Below are positions 18,085-27,927 of a DNA stretch of 48,259 nucleotides, one piece after another (position 1 is the first letter of the stretch; every line of letters begins with the position of its first letter). Below the pieces are notes generated by a model. That model was not told where the DNA came from, did not search any database, and worked only from the letters and a program-made list of their open reading frames with translations. Both the position numbers and the translations under genes were made by a program. The stretch spans positions 1-48,259 of the forward strand of contig JAFGVO010000264.1 of the NCBI GenBank assembly GCA_016937935.1, written 5' to 3'. The stretch is from Deltaproteobacteria bacterium (GTDB taxonomy: Bacteria > Myxococcota_A > Polyangia > JAAYKL01).

Positions 18085-18413
18085 GAATAATTATTCCGAT
18101 AACAACAGCATAATTTAGACTGTAGTGAATCAGAATTTGCGTCTTTATTATCTACACGCACGTCCATTAGCATCCTGGTGTCCATACCGTCCATTGTGCC
18201 AATAATAATTAAAGCGCAAAATTCAATAAGCTTATAATTTATTTAATTTCTCAGTCCATAACCCTAAAATTATTTGCAAATTCACAATGACTAGAGTAAA
18301 TATTTCCCTATGGATAACAATCAAAAAAAAAATTTCCGCCCCCTATTTCTTTATAAGAAAGAACCAGCTATAAAGAATTGGATTTTTGAAAGTAACCTCT
18401 AAAGAAACACCTC

Positions 18414-19931
18414 ATGGGATACGACCAGGAACTTAAAAAAGGCGCTATTATAAATCTGTTTGGTCTTTTGGCCAAATTGGTCCATCCCCTTCTTCTGCTG
18501 ATCATTCCCTGGTTGTTCGGTACCGAAGTGATGGGACTCTACTTTCTGGCTGTATTCCTGATAGATATAATTAATTACCTCATTTATTCCGGATACTGCG
18601 ATGCCACCTCTATTTTTGCCAGCAAGTACGCCGATAAGAGCGACCCGGCCAGTAAGAAGGAATTGTATCGCATTTTTTCCAACGCTTTTGCAATTCCTAC
18701 CGGACTTGGAATCATTATCGTTGCCATTGGCCTTTTTGTTGTAGAACCCTTTGTGGGGCTGGTTTACCCGGACAGACCCGAGCTGGTTAATGCTCTTAAG
18801 ATTTTGGTGTGGACAGTTCCCATGTTAAGCCTTTCGTCCATTTGTATTGCCGGAACAAAGGCTCTAATGAAAATGCAATACGATGTTCTGATCAATTCAA
18901 CCATGTATCCCTTGTTATTGCTCGCCCTGATGGTGGTGGCCTGGTGGCTGAATTTGGGGCTGATTGGATTAATGATTGCCAGATTGATTTCGCAGATTGT
19001 AGTGCTGGTGTTGTCCCTTTGGGCCTATGGCAAACACTTCTCACTGGGAGTGACATTCAAAAATATAATGCAATTCAAATTTGATAGAGAGATGTTCCGC
19101 TTTGTGCTGCCGCAAAACCTGAATATGACTTTTAATCGCTATATCACCCGTCTTGATGTGTTGATGCTGGGAGCGTTTGGTTTTTCTAATCATGCAGTTG
19201 CGTTCTATTCAGCTGGTGCGCTGATTACTAGTAATGTGCGTGAGGTTAAACAGATATTCACGTCAATTCTAGGACCGATTATCGCACGCCATCACGCCTC
19301 CGGTTCGTCTTCACTAATGACCGATGATCTTAGCAAAGTCGTTAGATGGACAACATCGTTGGGGGTACCCGTGATTCTCACCATCCTTATTTTACGAAAC
19401 GATGTACTGTTACTGATGGATAAAAGCTTTAATGGAGATACACTTTTTATGGCCATCCTGCTGATGTCGCCGTTTTTAAGCTGCGCCATGGGAATGGCGG
19501 GAAATTGTATTGTCTGGACCAGGCACAGTAGCTGGAATCTGGTCAATAGCCTCTCTGTAGCCGGCATTAACACCTTGCTCAATTGGGTGATGATTCCATG
19601 GCTTGGACTTACCGGAGCGGCACTGGCAACTATAACCGCCAGTACAATTGTCTCTTTTGCACAAGTTGCTGAGCTTTATTATTTGGAGAAAGTCTATATT
19701 CGCCCGAGCGCAGTATACAAACCCTGGATTGGCCTGGGGATATTCATGGCTGCTATTTTTATATTTGGAGATCCGTCCAAAGTGAGCAGTATTTGGATTC
19801 GAGTCGCCATGGTTCCAGGGATGATTCTCTTGTTCTTTTTTCTTATGGTTCTGATACGTCATCCAGAAGCTCTCTCTTATGCAAAGCGACTAAAGCAGAT
19901 GAAGTTCTTAAATTGGTTTTCCGGAAACTAA
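18414..19931 (+). CDS. polysaccharide flippase, MOP/Wzx family
   Basis: 505 aa, highly hydrophobic with about 12-14 predicted TM segments. The overall look is that of oligosaccharide/polysaccharide transporters, and it neighbours glycan-phosphate transferase genes. Confidence 0.65.
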   Translation: MGYDQELKKGAIINLFGLLAKLVHPLLLLIIPWLFGTEVMGLYFLAVFLIDIINYLIYSGYCDATSIFASKYADKSDPASKKELYRIFSNAFAIPTGLGIIIVAIGLFVVEPFVGLVYPDRPELVNALKILVWTVPMLSLSSICIAGTKALMKMQYDVLINSTMYPLLLLALMVVAWWLNLGLIGLMIARLISQIVVLVLSLWAYGKHFSLGVTFKNIMQFKFDREMFRFVLPQNLNMTFNRYITRLDVLMLGAFGFSNHAVAFYSAGALITSNVREVKQIFTSILGPIIARHHASGSSSLMTDDLSKVVRWTTSLGVPVILTILILRNDVLLLMDKSFNGDTLFMAILLMSPFLSCAMGMAGNCIVWTRHSSWNLVNSLSVAGINTLLNWVMIPWLGLTGAALATITASTIVSFAQVAELYYLEKVYIRPSAVYKPWIGLGIFMAAIFIFGDPSKVSSIWIRVAMVPGMILLFFFLMVLIRHPEALSYAKRLKQMKFLNWFSGN

Positions 19932-19933
19932 AT

Positions 19934-21046
19934 TCAGCTAAAAATTTTATCCAGCATTGCTCCCAACATTCGGTTGCACCATGAAACGGTATGTGCAATT
20001 TGGCTAATCACTGCACCAAGTTTGGGGCGGGCCGGTTGGAAACGTGATCCAGGGCGGGATGAATCATTTAAATGGTGGGGCAAATGATGGGAGAGGTATC
20101 GCTGCAATCTGTTCAGGTGACCAGGAGAGGGAGTACACATATCGTCGTTGATACAATAAAACCTGGGTTGCAAATTTTTCAATGCACAGAATTCAGGGCC
20201 AAGAACCGAACGGTCAAACAGTTGGATAACAACATCTTGCTGACGTACTATTCGCGCTTTTTTTTCAATCAAAATCATATTCGAAAATAATTCGATAGGA
20301 GGAATATTAGACAAATCTCTAAATTTATCTTTGGCAGTACAAATTAACAGATCTTTAAATTCTCTGTTTTTCCAAGCATTTAGACAAGATGATTTTAGCA
20401 GGGTTCTGCATTGGTGCGCAGTATCATAAACAGATATACCGGGAAACTGTTTTTTCAGATGCCCGTAGAGGTTTCCTCGATAATTGCGCCAGGCCTTTTT
20501 GTGAGTTTGCCAAAACGCTTCCACTTCTCCTCTAATCCGTACTATTGCAGTGCCGTCCGGGTCAAAGAAATCTTCAGAGGTAACCGGGGCCCCTAAAAAC
20601 ATGTCATCGTTAAAGTATACAAAGCGTTCGGACAGCCCTGGAATAAACGGAAGCATTGCCTCAATAGAGTGAGAATTAAATGTTGGTAACATGTCTGCGT
20701 ACTCCACGCCAAACAGTTCCGGATGAAACACCATCTCGACATCGGGGTAATCGTTTGAGTTATACCAGTCTGGAACCTGACCCTCTGCTGCAACGATAAA
20801 AATTTTGCGAACAAAGGGGGCAAATCGATGCACTGAATTGATAGATTGAATAATTTCCCGGTTGTCTCTGAAACGGTTGAGAATGTTAATATCCCTTGAG
20901 GTCACATTGGCTTTGTCACCAGCCTCTGAATTGATCTGTGCAGCGGCAAACTGCTCTCTTAAGGCAGCATTTTTTTCACCGTCAACCCAGGTGTAAACAA
21001 AGTCAATCTCCTCAGAAACGGGAGAAGTTGTCATTTTTGAATCCAC
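19934..21046 (-). CDS. Stealth-family capsular polysaccharide phosphotransferase (hexose-1-phosphoryltransferase)
   Basis: Stealth conserved regions: CR1 IDFVYTWVDG and CR2 RFVYFNDDMFL, plus downstream conserved blocks. Its start overlaps the upstream gene's stop by 16 nt. Confidence 0.75.
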   Translation of the reverse strand: MDSKMTTSPVSEEIDFVYTWVDGEKNAALREQFAAAQINSEAGDKANVTSRDINILNRFRDNREIIQSINSVHRFAPFVRKIFIVAAEGQVPDWYNSNDYPDVEMVFHPELFGVEYADMLPTFNSHSIEAMLPFIPGLSERFVYFNDDMFLGAPVTSEDFFDPDGTAIVRIRGEVEAFWQTHKKAWRNYRGNLYGHLKKQFPGISVYDTAHQCRTLLKSSCLNAWKNREFKDLLICTAKDKFRDLSNIPPIELFSNMILIEKKARIVRQQDVVIQLFDRSVLGPEFCALKNLQPRFYCINDDMCTPSPGHLNRLQRYLSHHLPHHLNDSSRPGSRFQPARPKLGAVISQIAHTVSWCNRMLGAMLDKIFS

Positions 21047-22203
21047 TGTTTAAAATATTGCTCTAATCTTTCGCACGATTCACCGTTGGGTTGTTCAATG
21101 TGGCGGGCAATATAGTCGGTGGCGATGTCAACACAACAGTCCTTTTCGTTGACCGCTTTATCTACACATTGCAGCAGTTCATCAAAACTGAACGCACGCA
21201 GGCCTCCCATGTCTTCGGGGGGGTGCTTCCAGAAACCCTCCTGGTTATGAACTAATTCTGTAGAAATTCCTTTTTGGGACCATTGGCGCATTACCAGCCC
21301 TTCTCCTGCATCGGGAGGCACAATATGAATAGAGGGACGTAGCGTGTAATAGAACAGGTTGGCAAAGGAGGAGTAGTTGGTAATCAACAGATCACTGATA
21401 AGAATATCAACAAGTGAATCGGGGGACTCTGATTTAAACTTGAGTATCACCCCATCTCTTTTGCTACAGAACCTGGTGATAGCATCCAGGTAGTCTGCGT
21501 CGTATCGTTTTCGATCGTGCATTCGCAAAATAGCATTTGCACCAAGCTTATTAATGTGATTGAGCAATTTGTCAAGGAGCTCCCACTCTTCGCCCCAATG
21601 ACCAAGCAGCCCGCCGTGGTGCCAGGTCATGCCTATCAACACATTGGGGCGGTTTACCACATCAATGCCAGGGTAACCATCTGCCATCAACTCGCGATTG
21701 AAGTTTTTGGAAAGGAGGCTCTCCGGACGCAACAGATCAGAATATGGTGACCCAAGAGTAACAAGATTGTCTTTGTGAATACCACGGTGACCTTTTGTAA
21801 AGTCATAATCAAACGGTCCCAAGGCCTGCCAGCGGAAGCGATCATTGGGCTGTGTTACCTCTCCCACCCGTTTTGACATGTTGCGGCGCATTCTTTCGGG
21901 GTGATCCATTCGCCATCCATAACCGTGCCAAAGTACATACATTCGCTTGGGGCGGTAGTGGGGTAAATGATTGTCTACCACCAGAATATCCGGATTGAAA
22001 CGCATAAGACGCCACCAGGCTTTGAATGTGTCTCTCTGGATAATCTCTCCTTTAAAAGGCAGAATTTTTTCAACAGGTTGTTGTTTATATTGTTCAGGAT
22101 TCTTGAGCGCCACTAATACTTCATTTTCTTCTTTATTGGCAAGGTGACATGCCATCGCCTGAATGTCAGCTTGAAATGTACTGGCCCAAAAACAAATTTT
22201 CAT
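21031..22203 (-). CDS. putative TagB/TagF-like polyol/glycosyl-phosphate transferase
   Basis: Blocks resembling CDP-glycerol glycerophosphotransferase-family motifs: NVLIGMTWHHGG (compare YAPTWR), ILRMHDR, and DILISDLLITNYSSFANLFYYTLRPSI (compare LITDYSS..FD...L.KPII). This is a weak, by-eye assignment. Confidence 0.5.
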   Translation of the reverse strand: MKICFWASTFQADIQAMACHLANKEENEVLVALKNPEQYKQQPVEKILPFKGEIIQRDTFKAWWRLMRFNPDILVVDNHLPHYRPKRMYVLWHGYGWRMDHPERMRRNMSKRVGEVTQPNDRFRWQALGPFDYDFTKGHRGIHKDNLVTLGSPYSDLLRPESLLSKNFNRELMADGYPGIDVVNRPNVLIGMTWHHGGLLGHWGEEWELLDKLLNHINKLGANAILRMHDRKRYDADYLDAITRFCSKRDGVILKFKSESPDSLVDILISDLLITNYSSFANLFYYTLRPSIHIVPPDAGEGLVMRQWSQKGISTELVHNQEGFWKHPPEDMGGLRAFSFDELLQCVDKAVNEKDCCVDIATDYIARHIEQPNGESCERLEQYFKQWIQK

Positions 22204-22440
22204 CTTCGTTCTCCATATATTTTTAGATTGGTCGGTACCTTTTGTGTGTTTTTAAAATAGTACTAACATTTGGGTTTATTAAAAATCATTCAAACATGTA
22301 ACCAGCAAAATTAATCGTTGTCAATATCTGGTACATCATTATCTGCCAATCACCTGGATCATCAGAGCCATGCTATACCGAACATATAATTACGAATTCG
22401 GTTCAGTTTTAATCATCGAAACATAACAGTATTTTGATGA

Positions 22441-22460
22441 GACCCATACAGGGTATGGTC
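22441..22460 (-). terminator. candidate hairpin downstream of oadB
   Basis: GACCATAC-CCT-GTATGG(G)TC on the minus strand, about 35 nt after the oadB stop. The stem is 8 bp with one bulge, and the following tract is not clearly U-rich. Confidence 0.25.
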
Positions 22461-22495
22461 ATTGTAAACGGAAGTCAGTTTTACAGGGAATTAAA

Positions 22496-23950
22496 TTATA
22501 CCAGAGCCAGGAGGATACCTGCGGCAACAGCTGACCCGATAACTCCGGATACGTTTGGTCCCATTGCGTGCATTAAAAGGAAGTTTTGAGGGTTGTTGTC
22601 AAGTCCCACTTTGTTTGCAACCCTTGCAGCCATAGGAACAGCCGAAACACCAGCAGCACCAATCAATGGATTAATGGGCTTGCTTGAGAGCTTGTTCATA
22701 AGTTTGGCTAAAAGCACACCTGCTGCGGTTCCTATTGAGAATGCAACTGCTCCAAGGAAGAGGATTCCTAAAGTCTCTGCGCTTAAAAACTTTTCTGCAG
22801 AAAGTTTTGATCCAACTGATAATCCAAGAAGAATTGTTACAATGTTAATAAACTCATTCTGAATAGTCTTGCTTAAACGGTCAACAACACCTGACTCTTT
22901 TGCAAGGTTGCCAAACATGAGACAACCAATAAGAGGCGTTGCATCAGGCAGAAGAATGATACACATGAAAAGCACAATCAGAGGAAATGATATTTTCTCA
23001 AGTTTTCCCACCGGACGAAGCTGATCCATCTTAATCATTCTCTCTGCTTTTGTTGTAAGCAGATTCATAATCGGAGGCTGAATAATTGGTACAAGCGCCA
23101 TATACGAGTATGCCGCAACAGCTATAGCCCCAAGCAGGGATGGCGACAGCCTGCTCGCCACAAAGATAGACGTTGGCCCGTCAGCACCTCCGATGATTCC
23201 GATTGCAGCAGCATCATTAATATTATAATGAATCAAATCAGTAATGCTGCTGAGCCATAAAGCACCAATGAGAGTTGTAAAAATTCCAAACTGTGCAGCA
23301 GCTCCAAGGAGTGCAGTTTTTGGATTGGCCAATAGTGGTCCAAAATCAGTCATAGCTCCAACTCCCATAAAAATGAAGAGAGGGAAAAGACCGTTTTCGA
23401 TACCCATTGAATATATGATATGCAAAAATCCATCCGGCTCAGTCACAATCTCTGCGGCATGGGCCATTCCAATAACAGGAATATTGGCAAGAATACCGCC
23501 AAATCCAATTGGAAGAAGAAGGAGAGGCTCAAACCCTTTTGCAATAGCAAGATAGATAAGAGCAAGTCCTACTAAAAGCATTATAATCTGACCGACGCCC
23601 TGAGGAAGAAGACCTTTTTTATGAAGTGTAGCTTCATCAGCCTTCTGCTTACGCTCAACTGCAGCGGCATTAACTGCAGCAAGTTTTTCCTCTTTTGCAG
23701 CTTTATATTCTGCAACCTGCTCTTCGTTCATTCCCAGTTCCTGAAAGCCTTCAATAAATGCTTTGATACCGGTTTTATCGATGAGCTTATCAATATTGCT
23801 CTCTTGAGCAGGAAGCGCTAGAGCTTCAGCTCCTGTTGAACTGTCCTCGGATTTCATTCCCAAAAAGAAGGTAGCAAAAATTATAGTGCCAAATGTTATC
23901 CACCAGGCTTTATTTACTCCAAAAGGAAATTTTAATTTATTATTATTCAC
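22496..23950 (-). CDS. oadB: Na+-translocating decarboxylase beta subunit (OadB/MmdB family) with N-terminal extension
   Basis: The canonical beta core starts near [45 protein letters not shown]. The GTG start at 23950 has a GGGAGG RBS 7 nt upstream. About 110 extra N-terminal residues carry one TM helix. Confidence 0.9.
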   Translation of the reverse strand: MNNNKLKFPFGVNKAWWITFGTIIFATFFLGMKSEDSSTGAEALALPAQESNIDKLIDKTGIKAFIEGFQELGMNEEQVAEYKAAKEEKLAAVNAAAVERKQKADEATLHKKGLLPQGVGQIIMLLVGLALIYLAIAKGFEPLLLLPIGFGGILANIPVIGMAHAAEIVTEPDGFLHIIYSMGIENGLFPLFIFMGVGAMTDFGPLLANPKTALLGAAAQFGIFTTLIGALWLSSITDLIHYNINDAAAIGIIGGADGPTSIFVASRLSPSLLGAIAVAAYSYMALVPIIQPPIMNLLTTKAERMIKMDQLRPVGKLEKISFPLIVLFMCIILLPDATPLIGCLMFGNLAKESGVVDRLSKTIQNEFINIVTILLGLSVGSKLSAEKFLSAETLGILFLGAVAFSIGTAAGVLLAKLMNKLSSKPINPLIGAAGVSAVPMAARVANKVGLDNNPQNFLLMHAMGPNVSGVIGSAVAAGILLALV

Positions 23951-23961
23951 AATAAGCCTCC

Positions 23962-25761
23962 CTAGTTAAGCTCAACAAGTACTTGTTCGGCTGTAACCTG
24001 GTCACCTTTGCCAACATTAATCGATGCAACTGTTCCTGCGGCATGAGCAGTAATCGGAGACTCCATTTTCATGGCTTCAAGAACAATTACAACATCACCT
24101 TCAGCAACAGAATCACCAACTTCAACCTTAATATCTAAAACAAGTCCAGGCATTGGAGCAACAATTGTACTTGCACCACCACCAGCTGCAGGAGCAGCTG
24201 ATTTACTAACACCGGCTGTTACATCAACATCATAGTTCTTGCCGTTAACTGTGGCCTTGTTTCCGTTTAATTTAACTTCAAATTTCTTGCCTCCGACAGT
24301 TACAGTGTAACCCTCGGCAGAGCTTGCACCACCAGCTGCAGGAGATGCTGCACCGCCGGCATTTTTACGAACGCCAACTTTAGCTTCCCCTTTAAGGTAC
24401 ATAATACCTTTCTCTTTACAGGTAGCAGCAATAAAAACATTCTCGTCACTTACAGGAAGATTCTCTGCTTCGAGAATTTTCTTTGCCTGAGCAAGACCTT
24501 TAGCAGGATCAGCGTCATTAATTTCAAGTGCAGTCTTTTGGGTTGGCTCAAGGCTTAACTGCTCAGCGGCAATTTTAACAATCTCCTGATCGGGAGTTGT
24601 AGGAGTTTTTCCAAAATAACCTAAAACCATCTTGCCGTATCCGTCTGCAATTTTCTTCCATGGTCCAAACATTACATTGTTAAATGCCTGCTGAAAATAA
24701 AACTGAGAAACAGGAGTAACGGATGTCCCGTAACCGCCTCTTTCAACAACCTCTTTCATGGCTTTGATAATCTCAGGATATCTATTCATAAGATTATTGT
24801 CTCTAAGCATCTGGGTATTAGCTGTCAAAGCACCACCGGGCATTGGACTCCATGGAATAAGAGGCTCAACCATTGTGGCTTCGGGAGGAAGAAAGTAATC
24901 TTTCATACACTCTTTAAAAACATTCTCAGCTTCGAGTACTTTATCAATATCAACACCCAAATCATAATCAGTACCGCGAAGGGCATGCCACATTGTAGCA
25001 ACGTCAGGCTGACATGTACCACCGGATGCAGGAGCTAAAGAGAGGTCGATTGCATCTGCGCCCGCATCAAGAGCGGCTTTATATCCCATAACACCGATAC
25101 CAGCGGTCTCATGAGTATGAAAATGAATGAGAGTTCCCGCAGGAAGCATTTTGCGGGCACGTTTAATTGTTTCATAAACAACTGAAGGAACAGCTGTTCC
25201 TGAAGCATCTTTAAAACATACTGAATCATATGGAATGCCTGCATCAAGAATCTGTCTGAGAGTTTTCTCATAAAATGCAGGATCATGAGCGCCTTCACAT
25301 CCGGGAGGAAGAGCCATGAGAGTAACCGAAACCTGGTGTTTAAGACCGGCATCAGTAATACATTTACCACTGTAAATAAGATTGTTCACATCATTTAAAG
25401 CATCAAAGTTTCTGATTGATGTAATTCCGTGTTTCTTAAAAAGATCAGCATGAGCCTTAATAACGTCAGATGGCTGAGATTCAAGACCAACAACATTTAC
25501 ACCCCTTGCAAGAGTCTGAAGATTGGCATCTTTTCCCGCTGCTACACGAAACTGATCCATCATATCAAATGCATCCTGGTTGCAGTAAAAATAGAGGGAC
25601 TGAAATCTGGCACCGCCGCCGGCCTCAAACCAGTCAATACCAGCTGCTCTTGCAGCTTCCACTGCAGGAAGAAAATCTTCAGTTAATACCCTGGCTCCAT
25701 AGACAGACTGAAAACCATCTCTGAATGCCGTACACATAAATTTAACTTTTTTCATAGCCAC
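23962..25761 (-). CDS. oadA: oxaloacetate decarboxylase alpha subunit / carboxyltransferase with C-terminal biotinyl domain
   Basis: HMGL-like carboxyltransferase domain ([10 protein letters not shown] ... [11 protein letters not shown]), an Ala/Gly-rich linker and a biotinyl-lysine motif EAMKME near the C-terminus. Confidence 0.9.
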   Translation of the reverse strand: MAMKKVKFMCTAFRDGFQSVYGARVLTEDFLPAVEAARAAGIDWFEAGGGARFQSLYFYCNQDAFDMMDQFRVAAGKDANLQTLARGVNVVGLESQPSDVIKAHADLFKKHGITSIRNFDALNDVNNLIYSGKCITDAGLKHQVSVTLMALPPGCEGAHDPAFYEKTLRQILDAGIPYDSVCFKDASGTAVPSVVYETIKRARKMLPAGTLIHFHTHETAGIGVMGYKAALDAGADAIDLSLAPASGGTCQPDVATMWHALRGTDYDLGVDIDKVLEAENVFKECMKDYFLPPEATMVEPLIPWSPMPGGALTANTQMLRDNNLMNRYPEIIKAMKEVVERGGYGTSVTPVSQFYFQQAFNNVMFGPWKKIADGYGKMVLGYFGKTPTTPDQEIVKIAAEQLSLEPTQKTALEINDADPAKGLAQAKKILEAENLPVSDENVFIAATCKEKGIMYLKGEAKVGVRKNAGGAASPAAGGASSAEGYTVTVGGKKFEVKLNGNKATVNGKNYDVDVTAGVSKSAAPAAGGGASTIVAPMPGLVLDIKVEVGDSVAEGDVVIVLEAMKMESPITAHAAGTVASINVGKGDQVTAEQVLVELN

Positions 25762-25774
25762 TGTATAATTCCTT

Positions 25775-25984
25775 TCAGCCTTGCGTATGATTTTTTACAA
25801 CTGCAATTGCAGCTGCGATCATTGCTAATTGTTCATTTCCGCCGGTACCGCTCTCAATTGCAGCTTCGGGTTTTTCAAACTTTTTTAACACCATTGATGC
25901 AAGATACATGATAAGCACCATCAATGATAAAAAGAGAAAAACCCCTCCCATACCGGCAACCAATAATTCCAAACCTTTTTCCAT
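25775..25984 (-). CDS. oadG: decarboxylase gamma subunit (OadG-like)
   Basis: 69 aa with a single N-terminal TM helix (GMGGVFLFLSLMVLIMYL). It is the first gene of the oadG-oadA-oadB arrangement. Confidence 0.75.
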   Translation of the reverse strand: MEKGLELLVAGMGGVFLFLSLMVLIMYLASMVLKKFEKPEAAIESGTGGNEQLAMIAAAIAVVKNHTQG

Positions 25985-26185
25985 TATGATTGCTCCTTAT
26001 TAAAATATTTTTTTTTGATTTTTAATTGAGACATGATTCTTAGAAAATACTATTTAAAATATGGAATTCAATTTCCAAATTTGAGGGGAAAATACACCCG
26101 TAGCTCAAATTTCTCAACCTAAAACAGCTACTTTTTTTATTTTTTCCAGATAGTTAAAACATAAATGTAATTTTAAAAAAAACAG

Positions 26186-27778
26186 TTAACCATTTTGTGG
26201 ATTCAGCTCCTCTTTTTTGGCCTGTACAAATGAAAGTGTGTTTATATCCTGAGCCTCTTCTTTTAAAAAATTAACCGTTTTATTCAGTTTCTTTTCAAAC
26301 ATATCAAGATGCTCAGTTTCCATAATTCCCCTTAGACTTTCCATCTCTATTGAGAGTTCGATAATTACTTCATGAAGATGAACCTCGGCTTTCATTTTTC
26401 CATCAACAATATCAGTTTCATGAACATAAAAACCATCAGTTCTCAAATCTTCGAGAAATTCTCTAAACACAATCAATGCAGCCTTTTTTGACGAAAAAGA
26501 GTAAAATATTTTAACAAAAGGCCTATCTATAAAATGGGACAGATCCTTATGAATTTTAAGTTTCTTCATAACAGCAGACATTGTTGTGCCCTGAAATAAC
26601 AGTGTAAACAGAATATACCCCATAGTTAAATGAATTAAAAATGAGCGGTATTCAAGTGATGCGGGAATCATAAGAACAAGAGCCACGGGAACAGCCCCCC
26701 TCAGCCCTCCCCACAACAGCACGAACTGGGTTTTTCCGTTTATCTTATACTGGCTGGTCAATCTGTTGTACAAAGGTATAAGAGCATAAATAACAACAAC
26801 ACGAGCCCCTGTAATAATTACAACCGCAACGGCAATGTCTCCGACCATTTTACCAAAATCTTTAATATCCGAAAAAACAGCCGCCTCAGTTAAACCTAAA
26901 AGGAGAAATATCAGGCTGTTTGCAACAAATGAAAAATAGTTCCAGAAATTACTTATGGATTTAAGATCCCCATATCGAAGCTTCTTTTCAAGTCTATTCC
27001 TCAAAATAATACCCGCACTCATAGTTGCCATAACACCTGAGACATGAAAAAAATGGTCCGCCACAATAAAAGAGACATATGCAATTACCAGAGAAAGTGT
27101 AAGCATATATATGCGATTGCTCGAATTTATCAAAACCATGGCTAGCCCCATTACAGCAACTACTGTCCCAACCAGAACTCCTCCGATTAAAGTAGTAAAA
27201 AATGAAGTTGTTGCATCAAAAAAGTTGAGACTTTTTCCAAGGGCCAAAGATATTACTACATTAAAAAGAACAATAGCAGTGGCATCATTAAAAAGACTCT
27301 CCCCGTCAACAAGGGTTTTTAGGCGCCTTGGGGCTCCGGCCTCCTCAAAAAGAGCTATTACAGCAACAGGATCAGTGGCAGATATTAAAGCACCAAAAAC
27401 CAATGCTCCGGCAAAGGATATGGGTAAAAATGCAGAAATTCCAGCCCCTGTAATAATTGCGGCAATTGCAACACCCACAATTGCCAGAAGCAGCACAGGA
27501 AAAAGGTTTTTCTTTAAAACATAAGTGTGAATATGTATTGACGCATCAAATATTAAAACCGGAAGAAAAAGATACAAAATCAAATCAGGTGTAAGTGAAA
27601 ACTCCTGCAAAAAAAAGAACACTGATATTTGTTTAGACAAAATACCAAGAACAAGCCCAATAATTACAAGCCCCACAGTAAAAGGAAATTTCAGCCTTGC
27701 AGTAAGCAGCAAAGAGAGCGCCGCCACCCCCATAAAAAAAATAATACCAAGCATATCCAACGCAAAATGTTCCTGCAC
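26186..27778 (-). CDS. nhaP: Na+/H+ antiporter, CPA1 (NhaP-type) with cytoplasmic C-terminal domain
   Basis: About 12 TM segments with CPA1-like motifs (LISATDPVAV, ESLFNDATAIV) and a soluble tail of about 130 aa. Confidence 0.85.
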   Translation of the reverse strand: MQEHFALDMLGIIFFMGVAALSLLLTARLKFPFTVGLVIIGLVLGILSKQISVFFFLQEFSLTPDLILYLFLPVLIFDASIHIHTYVLKKNLFPVLLLAIVGVAIAAIITGAGISAFLPISFAGALVFGALISATDPVAVIALFEEAGAPRRLKTLVDGESLFNDATAIVLFNVVISLALGKSLNFFDATTSFFTTLIGGVLVGTVVAVMGLAMVLINSSNRIYMLTLSLVIAYVSFIVADHFFHVSGVMATMSAGIILRNRLEKKLRYGDLKSISNFWNYFSFVANSLIFLLLGLTEAAVFSDIKDFGKMVGDIAVAVVIITGARVVVIYALIPLYNRLTSQYKINGKTQFVLLWGGLRGAVPVALVLMIPASLEYRSFLIHLTMGYILFTLLFQGTTMSAVMKKLKIHKDLSHFIDRPFVKIFYSFSSKKAALIVFREFLEDLRTDGFYVHETDIVDGKMKAEVHLHEVIIELSIEMESLRGIMETEHLDMFEKKLNKTVNFLKEEAQDINTLSFVQAKKEELNPQNG

Positions 27779-27927
27779 AAAGGCCTCCTAAACTCTTAAA
27801 AAATACTTTCTCAAAAAGAAAATAAAACAACAACGCTTATAAAATAAAATAAAAATAATTAAACTAAAAAGAGTCCCAATATTTATCCAAACCTAATCAC
27901 ATCCAAGGGATTTACAGCAAAAACAGC

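Noticed and set aside
18066-18194. 42-codon minus-strand ORF (MDGMDTRMLMDVRV...CCCYRNNYSASVRE) considered as a small protein or RiPP-like precursor
   Set aside because: It has no Shine-Dalgarno sequence and no adjacent modification enzymes. Its length is within chance expectation for an intergenic region. It is kept only as part of the intergenic-region finding.
18190-18205. TGGCAC on the minus strand (TTGGCACAATGG), considered as a sigma54 -24 element
   Set aside because: There is no TTGC -12 element at the required spacing, and no enhancer-binding-protein gene lies in the window.
22204-22495. 292-nt spacer between the TagF-like gene start and the oadB end, considered as a possible ncRNA or terminator region (hairpins ACCGAA...TTCGGT and GACCATAC...GTATGGGTC)
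   Set aside because: The stems are short or have large loops, no clear U-tracts follow, and there is no match to any RNA family I recognise. Only the oadB-proximal hairpin is listed, at low confidence.
22496-25984. Elevated GC of the oad genes as evidence of horizontal transfer
   Set aside because: Hand counts show that GC varies strongly gene to gene across the window, including within hyd genes (for example 29/60 at 6001-6060). A moderate elevation in highly expressed metabolic genes is not good evidence for transfer without a proper genome-wide computation.
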